Counted from the first letter of the stretch, positions 15,207-28,385 are shown. The stretch: 64,000 nt of DNA from Octopus vulgaris (GCA_951406725.2 OX597815.1:496001-560000); one strand, 5' to 3'. Notes: generated by a model from the letters alone, not told the origin. A program made the numbers and translations.

Positions 15207-15210
<4 letters not shown>
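14729..15210 (-). mobile_element. RTE LINE 3' end fragment
   Basis: Minus strand encodes EDSCVKKCHTLSVEGICGRGRSRKT, followed by 3' UTR and tail. Confidence 0.85.
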
Positions 15211-15247
<37 letters not shown>

Positions 15248-15309
15248 CGGAGATATGCTTGCATAGCAAGTGACCTGATCTGAGATCGTGTGCTGGAACG
15301 AAAACAATT

Positions 15310-15511
15310 GCAGCGTGGAAGGTGTTTATAAGCCATTTAAGAAACACACAAAAACCGTTAGATTCACTTCAACATTTAAATTTAATTTGTCAGTGAACAG
15401 GTCACGGTCTCAAAGTGACGAAAATATTTTTTGACAAATTAAATTTAAATGTTGAAGTGAATCTAACGGTTTTTGGGTGTTTCTTAAATGGCTTATAAAC
15501 ACCTTCCACGC

Positions 15512-15514
<3 letters not shown>
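15310..15514. repeat. 83-bp near-perfect inverted repeat with hammerhead-like spacer
   Basis: Arms 15310-15392 and 15432-15514 are reverse complements with one mismatch; 39-nt spacer. Confidence 0.93.
15388..15436 (+). ncRNA. Minimal hammerhead-like motif with G3:C8 core variant
   Basis: TGTCA-GTGAACA-G-GTCAC(GGTCTCAAA)GTGAC-GAAA-ATAT-TTTT-TGACA. Confidence 0.5.
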
Positions 15515-15551
<37 letters not shown>

Positions 15552-15904
15552 TGTGTGTGTGTGTGTGCATGCGTGAATCGAGGTACATCAACGTCGAGTA
15601 TGACACTGATTGGCTAGACAGAATCACGCAGAGCAGCAAGTGATGTAATCCATTTATCAGAACAGAAAGCATCGGCAAAAATCAGACACTATTGTTGGGT
15701 AATCTGCAATTCTAATTGTTTTCAAGTAGAGACCTTGGTGTGGAGCGAAATAGAAATAAAAGAACGAATGGAATTTTAATTTTGCTACAGTTGTGTCGCT
15801 ACGAATATTTAATTTAAGCATAATACAATATTTTGGATTAGACCATAGATTACGCAATTCTCACGGACATCAGGCAATATTTTAAATAGAGTTGAATCAC
15901 AATT

Positions 15905-16065
15905 TCCATTATTTACATTATTTACATTTGACCGACATTTGTCCTCATCTTGTTTGTTGTTAACACAACATTTCGGCTGATATACCCTCCAGCTTTTATC
16001 AGGTGTCTTGCGGAAATTTCGAACCTGGGTTCTCATTCCTAAGGTATTTTTCTATGTTGTTGTTG

Positions 16066-16113
<48 letters not shown>

Positions 16114-16235
16114 TCACTGCCTGGAATCGAACTCGGAATGTTGGGGTTAGTAGCCTGCGCTCTTAACCACTACATCTGTCAAATGTAAATAATGTATATA
16201 ATTCCTCATTTCTTAAATATAGAACTGAATAGCGA
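15905..16235 (-). mobile_element. Dispersed repeat with hammerhead-like motif and tRNA-like segment
   Basis: Minus strand 16006-15963 reads ACAC-CTGATAA-A-AGCTG(GAGGGTATAT)CAGCC-GAAA-TGTT-GTGT; adjacent GTAGTGGTTAAGAGCGC...GAGTTCGATTCC A/B-box-like segment at 16100-16175; (TTA)n in between. Confidence 0.55.
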
Positions 16236-17690
16236 CTTGTTTCCGAAACAAGTAAAGTTATAGTCAAAGGTACTGATTTATAAAATGAACAGAGTAGGTG
16301 TATCAAGAATCGTACAAAACGAAGGGATGAATTTATAATTTACAGTTATGGACCTAAGATAAAAGAAACGGGATTTTTTTACTGATACTTGGCACTGAGG
16401 CAAATATTTATACTGGTTCAAAGAAAACTATTTGTCATTTATTTTATTGAATTTTTATTCATATAAACACACATTTATATCCACACGTATACACACACAC
16501 ACACACACGATATACGCACATGCATATACCTGTACCTGTAATAACCCCGTCTTTCCGTCATCAAGACTATGTAACTGTAGAAATAGATTTTAGTACCCTC
16601 TTAATAATAAGTACTTGACCAAAAATATTGTATACGACTGTAATATCCATACAAACCAGAATATATTTACTGACAGAATTTCTACTTCCCCACTTCAAAT
16701 GGAGATTACATAACCATACTCGCGGCTCTTGAAGAAGAGACATGGCTAAAATGGCATCACTTTTAACTTTCTAGAACTTCCTCATTGAGCCCTATATAAA
16801 GGTGGCTTTTGGTGGCAACTCTGGCATGTCGAGGCAGCCACCTGACGTCTCCAATCTCATGGCAGTTAGAAGATACAGATTTAGTCACCATGAACAGAGT
16901 GTGATTATTTTCCAGTTGTGCTGGATCAGCCACAGATTGCTATACAGCAGTTAAATTGTTGTAGATCCCGGCAGTATGTCTCTCCTGGTGGCTAATTGTT
17001 GCTGTTAGTTTTTGCAAAATGACCAACACAGAAAACGCTATGTGCAGTTAACAAAGTTTGTGTTAATTGTTCGTGAGTGTTGTTAATTTTTTTTATACGC
17101 AGCCTTAGAAAGACATTTTCGTTTCCACCAACATCAAGTACAAAAACAACACTTCACAGACAGGCCTTACCTTAGTTCATATAGAGAAACGGACATTATA
17201 GTTCGATATAATGATTTGATTGTTATTCAAGTATTAGATATGTTCATAACTCCGTCATTCACATTTAATCACTGGATAGACACCTCTCTATTGTAATTTG
17301 TTCTATTAGCTTCCTCGTTGTGGAACAGTAAATATTAAATGGTAAATATTTAATATTGGGTCGATGAATTCTAGTATTCAAGTATCTTATTACTTTTCGA
17401 ACTACCAGCCTATATTATCCTTCCATTATCATCTAAATCAATCCTACCACCTATAAACTTCCTTGTCTTTCGCATTCTCTCGTCTTCCACTTCTTCCTCC
17501 TTTTCTATATACTGTATTTATTCTCTTCTTAAATGTTTTTTTGTAACGCCCGTCTATTTATTACTTTATATATTTGTTTTATTTTCTATTCTTCTTTTTT
17601 ATCTTAAAGCACTTGTGCAAATTTTACTCTTCTAAGTGTGCGTGTATATACATGCATATGTATATGTGTTAGCATATGTTGACGTATGTA

Positions 17691-18930
17691 GAGGGTGTTC
17701 AGGCTAAATTCGATGGGGTTTTTTAATGCCTTTTTTTTTTTCAGGAACAGCTTGATGTATTGGTGAATAGTCAACGGCATTGGAGAGCATAAGGATTAAA
17801 GTTGTGATTGATAAAAAGAAAGCTGACATGGAAGACTAAAGGCCATCTGGATACTGAAAAAGACTTACCTGTATCATAATGATTTGTGCCAGGTATCAAA
17901 ATGGTGATACCATGACTGATACTCAAGGCTCTGAGAAAACTGTAAAGGCATGGCATGGGCAGCTGCAATAGAGACAACAAAGCCATGGTCTGAAGAGAGG
18001 GACAAGCTGGCGATCTGACTGCATCTTCACACACAAGGATTCACCCAACAACTGCAAGATCATGTGATAAAAAATCCAAGTAAGGGAATTCAAGCTTTGA
18101 CAAGAGAGATGGGTTTCGAAGTTGCCATCATGAGGCCAAACCTGAATGGGGGGAGGTTGCTTCCACTCATACAAGAGGCACAAGAGACAAATTCTGACAG
18201 CCAAGGGGATGATGAGAGCAAAGAAGCTCTTGAACAAACTGAGGTATCCTGTTGTGCTAGGGATGATCTGGTTCTTTTCAGATGAGAAAAACTTCAGCCT
18301 TGACCAGTTGCACAACACTCAAAACAACAGGTGGCTTACCTTCAATTCATGTGTGTCCAACATATCATGAAAACCAAGTTACCCAAAACTGTGATGGTCT
18401 TTGGGTGTCTTCAGTGAAGCTGACATCATGCTGCCCTACATCTTTGAACAGGGCCTTATGCTCAACTCAGATGTCTATGTGAAGCAACTGGAGACTGTGG
18501 TCAAGCCCTGGCTAGATAGGGTTGCTGCTGGAAGGTCATATGTGCAGCAGCATGATTCAGCTCCTTGCCACTGGAAAGAGTCAGAGAATTCCTATGACTT
18601 CACCAGCCCCAATTTCTGGCCTCCTAATTCCTCCAGTTGCAATCCCAAGGATTACTATATATTGGATACAAATAAGAAAGACACTAACAGCTCTGCTTGC
18701 AATAGCAAGGCCAAGCTGGTGGCCAAGATCAAAGAAGTGTTCAAAGATCTTCCAAGGGTTGTAGTGGGGAATGCAAGAGCCAGATTCCAGAGCTGTCTTA
18801 AAGCCATGGTGGAAGCTGAAGGCAGTTACTTTGAATAAACTGTTATCTCCCAACCATTATCTAGTTGATATTTTTTGACTTTAGAATATTTTTGTGTTTG
18901 GATGGGATATTGCATTTTCCCTTCCTGTGT
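17691..18930 (+). mobile_element. Decayed Tc1/mariner transposon (maT/DD37D-like)
   Basis: Motifs WFFSDEKNF, HNTQNNRWL, QQHDSAPCH, FWPPNSSSCNPKDYY, AMVEAEGSYFE* across ORFs 18146-18370 and 18401-18838; right TIR not resolved, and a deletion prevents counting the D-D spacing. Confidence 0.85.
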
Positions 18931-20854
18931 AACCTGCTACTTTATTAATTCTGCTAAGTCTATTATAAATGGCAACTGCCATCATAAAAAGGAAAGCATG
19001 GCTGGGCATATCAAAAAGAAAGGCAAAATTGACCTCAGTGAGATTTGAACTCTGCACAGATCATAAACCCCTCATTAGTTCTTTTCATTATTCTCTCGAT
19101 TTCATTACCATGACAACATGTAAATATAGTTTCAATAGTTTCGTCTTCCTCGTTGTTGCCTTTAAGATAACCTTAGTTCATGCATTTCCTTAACCGCAAC
19201 ATATTCATTCATTCATCACACAGTCACTTATTTCTCTAATTTTGTCTTAGATTGGCTGACCGAAAACTCTCAGATTTTTCAATTCTATCTTACTATTATC
19301 AACATATAAACTAGCGCATGCCCTTGGATTCCCCTACTCGGTTTTTAATACCTCCACCAAAAGAATACGTATCCAGAAGATGCCCTCGTCTAAATTTGCT
19401 AGTTCACGGTATGCCCCCCCACCCTCACACCCCCTCCACCTGTACCGGAAGTTCCTATCCTCTGTCATCCTTTGGTTGTCTCCAATGAACCCTTCTAAAG
19501 GCTTTAGTAACATCATCTAGAGTGGGTTTTCAACTCAAAACAATGGGAATTCACTAAATAACACAAAATCTTTTATCTGTCCCTCTCACATCATTTCTCC
19601 ATTCCTTTATCTAATTAAAGAAAATATATTTTAATAATTTTAAACTGGGTTTATTAATAATGATAATAATAATTAATTTTTCCTCATGGGCATCAGATGA
19701 GGGGAGCATTACAAGGAGAGTTTACAATTTGTGAAGGGGGTTACAAACAGACGCACACACATATATAGGCCTGAGGCTATAGTAGGGGACACTTGTCCAA
19801 GGTGCCAGGCAGTGGAACTGAAACAGGAAGTATGTGATTGGGGAGCAAACATCTTACCACAAAGCCTGTGCTTATTATGGCATACAAAATATATGAACCC
19901 ATCTATGATACAGTCCTTGTGATATAAAAGAGCCTTTGGCTAGGGCCAATCAAAGAACCCTATAGATCCAGTATCGTCCTGGCCACCAAGATACAAGCCC
20001 TCATGCAACACATAATATTCTCAAATTTACAGGAACATGCCCAGAGTAGTTCCATCCAACCCTATCTGGTTTTGCCACAGCCATCCACTGACAGAGAGGA
20101 AGAGAACATTTCCTTCTCCAACCCCACTTTCCTTTCCAAGTGGAACTTGAAAAGGTTGATGAGGGCTTGACCAAAGAGGAGGAATGTGTCTGTCCTTGAA
20201 ACATTTTAGCCTCATCCATCACACAACCGCTTTCACCATCGCCCCTAAATAAAGAAATTACATCTGCTCCTGCTGATTGAGCAGCAAATAAGCAGAGCTG
20301 AGATAGACACCCGATTGGCTAAGGATAAGCATTAGAATAGAGATAACAATTAGGGTGGTAAGAGAGGGAGGGGAGGAGGAAGAAGGAGGAAGAGGGAGTG
20401 TTTATACTCCACCACCACCACCACCACCTTTCTTATAAAATAAAAGGATTAACTAAAATAATGAAATCTTAAAAAATAGTCAAAACATTTCTGAGGTTTT
20501 TTTGTTTGTTGAGTAAATTAAGAGAAAATGGTGAAGTAAGAATGCCTCCTCACAATTTTTTGCCGTATCTGCCTTAAAAATACAAACCTACTCTCTCTCT
20601 CTCTATCTATTTATATATATATATATATATAAACAATAATTATGATGACAGAGAATATGGGGACTGATACATCCTCCAAATAATTTCTTTCTTTGTATTT
20701 TATAATGTCATACAGCATAATATTGTTACGGTTACAATGACGTACACGTGTTTCTTTCCACTGCACAAGAGTGTGGACAGTTGCACATGCAACCAGGCAT
20801 AATTTTCTGTGCAGCTTCATTCACGGTCTTTCAACCAGCTTGGCTTGAAGCAAA

Positions 20855-21055
20855 GTGAAAACAGTTCACTTTGTTGAGACAGAAAGATACAGGAAAAAAT
20901 TATTCAAGTTCTTCAAAGGTATAACACTATCCATCTCAATAAAGGAGAAATACACCACAGTCAACTTCTTCAATGTTACACTAGATCTAAGTGCCAGCCT
21001 GTTCAAACCATACCATAAACCAAACAACAACCGTAAGCACATAAACTACAATTAA
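20855..21055 (+). pseudogene. Penelope-like RT fragment
   Basis: KKLFKFFK..LSISI...VNFFNVTLDLSASLFKPYHKPNN resembles the PLE RT motif VNFLDVTLDL...YKPYxKPN. Confidence 0.7.
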
Positions 21056-21059
21056 TAAA

Positions 21060-21265
21060 CAGTGAGCTGGTAGAAATGTCAGCATGTTGGACGAGATGCT
21101 TAGTAGCATTTTGTCTGTCCTCAGACACTGAGTTCAAGTTACACCCAGGTCCACTTTGCCTTTCGTCATTGACAAAATAAGCACCATTTGATTTCTGGGA
21201 TCAATATAATTGACTAGACCCCTTCCCCAAAATTTCAGGCTTTGTACCTCGAATAGAAAGGATTA
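21060..21265 (+). mobile_element. Second tRNA-derived SINE family
   Basis: GAGCTGGTAGAAATGTCAGC...TGAGTTCAA...TTTGCCTTTC...CCCCAAAATTTCAGGC; homologous to 51255-51470, 54225-54360, 55632-55850 and 59005-59218. Confidence 0.7.
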
Positions 21266-21343
21266 ATAAACAATGGGGTGTCTCCCCGCCCCCACCAATT
21301 TGATTAATATTTCAGGTGAGGTTGATTATGTATTCATTTGAAA

Positions 21344-22985
21344 TTCTTCTTCTTCTTGTCTTGAGACAGCATTCACCTGGGGTGGGTTGAGCTGGCTTCA
21401 GTCATCCTCAATGCTGCATCTCTCACAAACGCCGACCAGACCTGGCGATTTGAGGCTAACGACCACGTGATCTCCAACCACTCCTTATTCCAGCGGCGAA
21501 TTCCATAGACATGGGGGCCTAGGTTGGGTTCCAGATCAGCCTTGACTGTTATCAGCCAGGTTTTTCGTTGTCCACCACATCGCTTTTGCCAACCCTGAAG
21601 GGGAGCTGGAGCAATTGCTTCGTAGATGAATTCTCCTGGTTGACGACAGAAGGTATGACCCAGCCAATGCAGACATCTCGTTAGGATGACTTGTCGGAGG
21701 GAGGTGATTTTGCACTGGTGTCGCACCGAATTGTTGGAGACAAAGTGATGCCATCGGACACAAAGGATGCGGTGTAGACAGAAGTGATCGAAGGATTCTA
21801 GCCGCTTAATATCTTCCAACTTCATCGGCCATGACTCACTGCCGTAAAGGAGAATCGTTCGCACTAGTGCTTGGTAGATCCATACTTTGGTGGTGTGTCA
21901 GATCTCAGATCTTGACCAGAGTCGTGCATTGAGTTGGTTGAAGGCTTGGCGAGCGAGGTCGATTCGTGTTTTAATGTCAGCCTCACCTTGACCTGTGGCT
22001 GTAATGATGGTGCCAAGGTATTTGAAACTCTCAACCTCTTCAAGAATATCACCATTGAGGACAATGGGTGTTTTGTCTGGTGGGGCGAAGCTGGCTGTGA
22101 GGATTTTGGTCTTCAAGGCATTGACTTTAATACCAATCTGCAATGCAACACACTTGAGCTCATTGATAGCAAACTGGACGTCAGCAAATGTTTCGCCAAG
22201 TATCGCAATGTCATCTGCATAGTCTAGATCCTTGATGGAAAAGTTGTGACCAACAGTGATACCAGGGAACTCCCTTAATGCATTTGTGGTGATCCAGTCG
22301 ATGGCGTAATTGAAAAGAGTCGGTGAAAGAACACATCCTTGCCAAACGCCAGACCGTATTTCGAAGGGTTCCGACACTTCACCGTACACGCGTACGCAGG
22401 ATCTTGTTGAGTGGTAATAATCTTTAATAAGATTGAGAAATTTAGGTGGGATACCACCTGTCTGCATGACCTTCCAGAGGGTGTCACGATCGACGGAGTT
22501 GAATGCAGCAGCAAAATCAACAAAGCAGATGACTGTTTTTTTCTGAAAGCACCAACGGTGTTTGAGGATTCATCTTAGGGTGAAGATTTGATCGGTGCAG
22601 TCTCAACTAGGACGGAAACCACACTGGTTTGGTCTTGTTCTAGAGTCACGTTCTGATTGGAATCGTCTCAGAAGAATAGATGAAAATATTTTAGCAGAAA
22701 CGTCAATCAGACTGATGCCACGGTAGTTGCTGCATCAGCGTTTATTGCCTTTCTTAAAGAAAGGTACCAGTGTTGCACCGCTCCAGTCTTGGGGGAGGGT
22801 TTCCATATCCCAAACCCGGGTGATAACTTGATGAATCACGGGCCCCAGTATATTTGCACTATGCACGAGGATCTCAGCAGGAATGTTATCTTCGCCGGCA
22901 GCTTTGTTATTTTTGAGCTTTCTGATAACAGCAAGGACCTCTTCAAGCATGGGGGCAGCTGCTTGGCAGTTATACAAGGCTGGAA
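21344..22985 (-). mobile_element. 5'-truncated RTE-clade LINE (distinct family, (GAA)n tail)
   Basis: RT motifs KLKNNKAAGEDNIPAE, GVWQGCVLSPTLFN, DLDYADD, FKYLG, LLYGSESW; few disruptions; (TTC)n at 21344-21357 on the + strand. Confidence 0.93.
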
Positions 22986-23489
22986 TTCACAGGTTTGAAA
23001 TTCACTACACTAAAAGATAGTTTAATAGTTGGCATCGCTGCTTCACACAGGTTTCCTTTTTATTCAATAACCTATGTTCTTGCTGTTAAACTCTATCACA
23101 AACCTCAAACAAGACACAAGACACAATCACTGATACCATTTTACATTCAGCTCCATTTTCAAATAAACCAAAATGTCAAAGAAACAACACAAAGAGAAAC
23201 AAATGGAGGGCAGGAGAGCATGGGTTGTCTCCAACACATTGAAACCTTCCCAAAAACATACTCAGTGCCTCACTAGGAGAGATCTCAAACAAAGCAATCA
23301 CGGAGCTTTTATGTGTCCTTCCACCTGCTAGAAACAGCAGTCAAATCTCACTAAAATTATACTTTACTATTGCAAATAGGTGCAGACATGGCTGTGTGGT
23401 AAGAAAAGAGGAGATTTTACAGAATAATAATTTGGTATCTTTAAAACTCTACAGCATTTAGATACTGGCTGTGTGCATAGACACAGGCA

Positions 23490-23785
23490 TGGCTGTGTAG
23501 TAAGAAGCTTGCTTCCCAACCATATGACTTTAGGTTCAATCCCACGGCATGGCACCTTGAGCAAATGTCTTCCATTATAGGCTTGGGCTGATCAAAGCCT
23601 TAAGAGGGGATTTGGCAGACACTCTGTGTGTGTGTGTGTGTCCCTCACCACTGCTTGACAACCAGTGTTTGTGTGTTTATGTCCCCATAACTTAGCAGTT
23701 TGGTCGATTCATTCGACTGAAACCCTTCAAGGCGGTGCCCCAGTATGGCCAGTGTCTGATGACTGAAACAAGTAAAAGAAACATA
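23490..23785 (+). mobile_element. tRNA-derived SINE
   Basis: GGCTGTGTAGTAAGAAGCTTGCTTCCCAACC...GGTTCAATCCC head; 3' GACTGAAACAAGTAAAAG. Confidence 0.8.
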
Positions 23786-24229
23786 AAATTACACACTCAC
23801 TCACACACACACACCCACCCACACACAAGCTCTCTCTCTCACATGCACATGCATACTTACACACATATGCACATGAACTCAAACACATACAAGCTCTCTC
23901 TCACACACACACACATGCAAACACGTATACACGTAGTCATCTACAAGTAACCAGCTTGAATCATGCCCTCATCACTAAACAATGTTCTTGCATTCAATGT
24001 GGCCCCCATTAAAATCAACTGGTATGTATCAGAGTCAATGAAAGAGCATCTATGTGGTCGTTTGATCTACCAGAAATGGCAGCTAAATCTCCCTTCAATA
24101 ACACATTGTCATTTTCATAAAAGGAGGAACACACTGGATGTAGCAACAGAAGGGATGGTCATAAAAGTGGTAGAAATATTGAACCAAAGAAGGAAGTGAA
24201 AGTTCTTTGTAAGATGGTTGATAATCTCG

Positions 24230-25260
24230 TGAGCTTCTATCAAGTCGACTGCATAACATCAAAACTGAAGTGTGTCAATGCCAAGAGAAGCAATACATTC
24301 AAGAGATGGCGATCGGGTGATGGATATATATATCTCTGAACAGCTTCCAGTCGATTGATATTCTGGACATGATAGAGGTTCCAGACTGGAGGTGCAAACT
24401 TCAAGTGTAGACATACCATTGTAATATATGACTTCAAATAGATAGCTCACAAGTGGCAGACAAAGGCCTTACTGTGTGGTGCTAAGACACCATTGGCCTT
24501 TTTAATAATTTTAGAAATCTGGTTCATCCAGCACAGACCACTGTTGACAATAATGTCAAAGAGACATTCTTTAGCAGACATTTTAAGGTCAGTATCATGA
24601 AGGAGTCAGTAAATTCCAGGTTTTTCCATCCGACATATATGATGGTCATGCCCTTGTCTACAGTTAGCAGCAATCCATTGTTGCATTGTGTCCAGGTCAG
24701 ATTGCAGGAAAGCTCTGGAACATACAGGATCCATTCCTTTTACCTGAAGGTACAGCTGAGGGTTGTTTGCATATCTTAACACAGGAACATTCTTCAAATT
24801 GGTACCTATTTCATTAATACATATAACAGGGGACCAAGAATAGATCCCTGTGGGGCACCAGATGTCATTGTATAGGGGGGCAGAGTGTTGTCCTAGAATT
24901 GTGACTATCTTCTTTCAACCAGTTATAAAGATTAACCTTTGTGCTGCCCATTGCACAGAACTTTGCCATAAGTTGTGTGGCACAGAATTAAAGGCTTTGG
25001 TGAAACTGAGATAAATAACATCCACCCATGAGCTGCCATCCCTCATTTACGTTGATGTTTTTAGGAAATTTGATGAGTTGGTCACAGCAGCTGGAGTTAG
25101 AAAGGGTTGAATAAGGTTATAAGCAATCCAGATGCTCCAGAGTGTATCTCTGGCATAAGGCACCCATTATTTGATGAGACAGCAAGTAAAATGGACTGGA
25201 CAATAATTGATAGGTGATGTGCGGTCACACTTTTTTGAGCAAGAAATTAACATTGGCAAT
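24230..25260 (-). pseudogene. Decayed CR1/L2-group LINE RT
   Basis: Minus-strand fragments NYCPVHFTCC, DVIYLSFTKAFNSVPHNL, SGAPQGSILGPLL, LRYAN, LKFAPPVWN, RLEAVQR. Confidence 0.8.
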
Positions 25261-25483
25261 TAATATAGCACATAAAAAGCTCCATTTGAGCATTGGGCCT
25301 CATGGAGGCAGTAACAGGTGACCAAGACTTTTGGCAATATAACATGCTTGTGTAGACCTGTCAAGCCAAGTGAGACCATAATCACAGTCAATGCTGGTGT
25401 CAGGTCAATGGCACCCATGTCGGTGGCACATAAAAACAGCATGGACAACAGACATTAAATGATGATGATATATATGTGTGCAT

Positions 25484-26545
25484 ATCATCATCATCATTTA
25501 ATATCCATTTTCCATGCTGGCATGGGATGGACAGTTTGACTGAAAACTGGTAAGCCAGAGAGCTGCATGAAGTTCCAATCTGATTTGGGAAGGTTTCTAT
25601 GGCTTGATGCCCTTCCCAATGCCAACCACTCCCAGAATATAGTGGGTGTTTTTACATGCCAGCTACATGGGTTCTATTGACCTGACACCAGCATTGGCCG
25701 TGATTGCAGTCTCACTTGGTTTGACAGGTCTACACAAGCATGATATATTGCCAGAGGTCTTGGTCACCTGTCACTGCCTCCATGAGGCCCAACACTTGAA
25801 TGTAGGTCTTTATGTGCTAGTCAGATAGCACTGGCATCAGCCATGACTACAATGTCACTCGGCTTGACAGGTCTTCACAAGCACAGCATATCAGTCAACG
25901 ATTGAAGGGTGCTTTTTACATGCTGGTTACGTGACACTGGCATCAGCCACAACTATGATCTCATGTGGCTTGCTTATCGCCAAAGGTCTCATTCGCTTGT
26001 CATTCCCACCATGAAGCCCAACATTTGAAGATTGTGCTTCACCACATCGTCCTTTGTTTTCCTGGGTCTACCTCTTCCACAGGTTCCCTTCATCATTAGA
26101 GTGAAACACTTCTTCACACAGCTGTCATCATCCATATGCATCACATGACCATACCAGAGCGATGCACACCACATCTGATGTCTCTTATGCCCAACTTTTC
26201 TCTCACGATGCTTACACTCTATCATGCATGCACACTGACATTACACATTCAGCGAAACCTGCGCATGTCCTCAGCAGTCAGAGCCCATGTTTCACAGCCG
26301 TGTAGCATGGCTGTTTGCACCCAGGCATCAATCAGTCTGCCTTTCACTCTGAGCAAGAGGCCATTTGTTGCCAGCAAAGGTAGGAGCCCTCTGAACTTTG
26401 CTCAGCCTATTCTTATCCTAGCAGCTACACTCTCGGAGCATCCACCCCCACTACTAGCTTGGTCACCTAGGTAACAGAAGCTATCGACCACTTCTAGTTT
26501 TCCCCACTGGCATGTGATGGAATCTGCTTTCTGTCCATTTTTTGG
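25484..26545 (-). mobile_element. RTE LINE 3' segment (with tail) of an internally inverted insertion
   Basis: GKLEVVDSFCYLGDQ...GRGRPRKT, 3' UTR, (CAT)n at 25484-25497 on the + strand. Confidence 0.88.
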
Positions 26546-26559
26546 AGACCAGGAAATTC

Positions 26560-27630
26560 CACTATGAACAGTTGCTAAATGTGGAGAATGAATGGGAGAA
26601 AAAGAGTCTGCCAAATGTTAACCCAACTGAGGGACCAGTTCCTTGGTAGATAGAGCAATTAAAGACATGAAGACAGGGAAAGTCCCCAGCCCATCAGGAA
26701 TCCCTTCTCAGATGCTTAAAATATCTGGCGGTGTAGGCTATAGTCTAGTCACTTATATAGTTAACCAGGTGGTACAAGAAGGAGTCATAGCCAGTAACTA
26801 GTGTAGTAGCACCATAGTCAACTGCTACAAAGGTAAAGGTGATGCCTTATATAGAATTACAGAGGTATCAAATTATTGGATCAGGTGATGAAAGTTACAG
26901 AGAGGGTCATAGCCCAACTAATTAAGGAGAGAGTTAGTCTAGATGAGATGCAGTTTGGTTTAGTGCCAGGGAGAAGCACCATTGATGCTATATTTCTGGT
27001 AAGGCAGCTGCAGAAGAAATACTTAACCAAAGACGAACCTCTGTACTTGGCTTTTGTTGACTTGGAGAAAACCTTTGATAGGGTCCTCTGATCCCTTATC
27101 TGGTGGTCAGTGCAGAAACTAGGGATAGACGAGTAGTTGGTGAGAGCTGTACAAGCCATGCCCAGGGATGCTGTCAGTAAGGTGAGGGTTGGTAACAAGT
27201 ACAGCAAATAATTCATGGTACAAGTAGGGGTTCACCAAGGATTGGTCCTCAACCCCCTCTTGTTCATCATAGTCCTCCAGACAATAACAGAGGAATTCAA
27301 GACAGGCTGCACCTGGGAACTCTTCTATGCTGATGACCTTGTTCTTCTTATAGCTGAATCCCTACCAGAACTAGAGAAGAAGTTCCAGGTAGGGAAGCAA
27401 GGTCTAGAATCAAAGGGCCTTAGAGTTAACTTAGCGAAAACCAAAGTCTTATTAAGTAGGAAAGCAGACAAACCACAAATCCCTTTAGGTAGGTGGTCCT
27501 GCTCAATCTGTAGAAAAGGCATGGGTAGAAACTCCATAAGATGTATCCAGTGTAAGCTAAGGACACATAAGAGATGCAGCAATATTAGAGGAAGATTAAC
27601 AGGGAAAACAGTTTTCCTATGTGAAAATGC
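26560..27630 (+). mobile_element. RTE LINE RT segment, inverted relative to its 3' part
   Basis: WEKESLPNVNPTEGP, QFGLVPGRSTIDAIF, AFVDLEKTFD, GVHQG, FYADD, CSIC...CIQC...HKRC. Confidence 0.88.
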
Positions 27631-27662
<32 letters not shown>

Positions 27663-27786
27663 GAGAAGGCGGCGAGCTGGCAGAAACGTTAGCTCTCTAT
27701 GTTTAGCCCCTTGTGGGTAGTAAAGAAATATATATGCACACGAAAGCTATCTTCTTGGTTAATTTTCCTTTGGTGTTGCTGCACCT

Positions 27787-28030
27787 CTAACGTGTCCACA
27801 GCTTACACTGGGTACATATTAAGGAGTTTCTACCTTCACCTTTTCTACAAATCGAGCAGGGCCACCTACCTGAAGAGGTGTGTGATGAGTTCGCCTTCCT
27901 ACTTACTAGAACTTTCGTCTTTGCTTTGATTCCTAAACCTAGCTTCCACACCCGGAATTTCTTTTCTAGTTCCGGCAGTGATTCCGCCATGAGGGCCATG
28001 AGGGCCAGGCCATCAGCATAGAGGAGATAT
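27787..28030 (-). mobile_element. RTE LINE fragment
   Basis: LYADGL...AESLPELEKKFRVWK...GRWPCSICRKG. Confidence 0.8.
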
Positions 28031-28039
28031 ATGTGTTAC

Positions 28040-28385
28040 TGTTTACTTGTTTCAGTTATTAGACTGTGGCCATGCTGGGGCACTGCCTTGAAGGATTTTA
28101 GTCGAATGATCAACCCCAGCACTTATTTATTTTTAAGCCTGGCACTTATTTTATTGGTCTCTTTTGTCAAACTACTGGGGACATAAATACATCAACACTG
28201 GTTGCCAAGCAGTGCTGGTTGCCAAGCACACACACACAAACTTTTGTCAGTTTCCATTTACCAAATCCACTCGCAAGGCTTTGGTGAGCTTGAGGCTGTA
28301 GAAGATGCCTACCCAAGGTACTGTGCGGTGGGATTGAACCCAAAACCCTGTGGTTGGGAAGCAAACTTCTTACTACACACACATG
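28040..28385 (-). mobile_element. tRNA-derived SINE
   Basis: Reverse complement of the 2375-2760 family. Confidence 0.78.
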
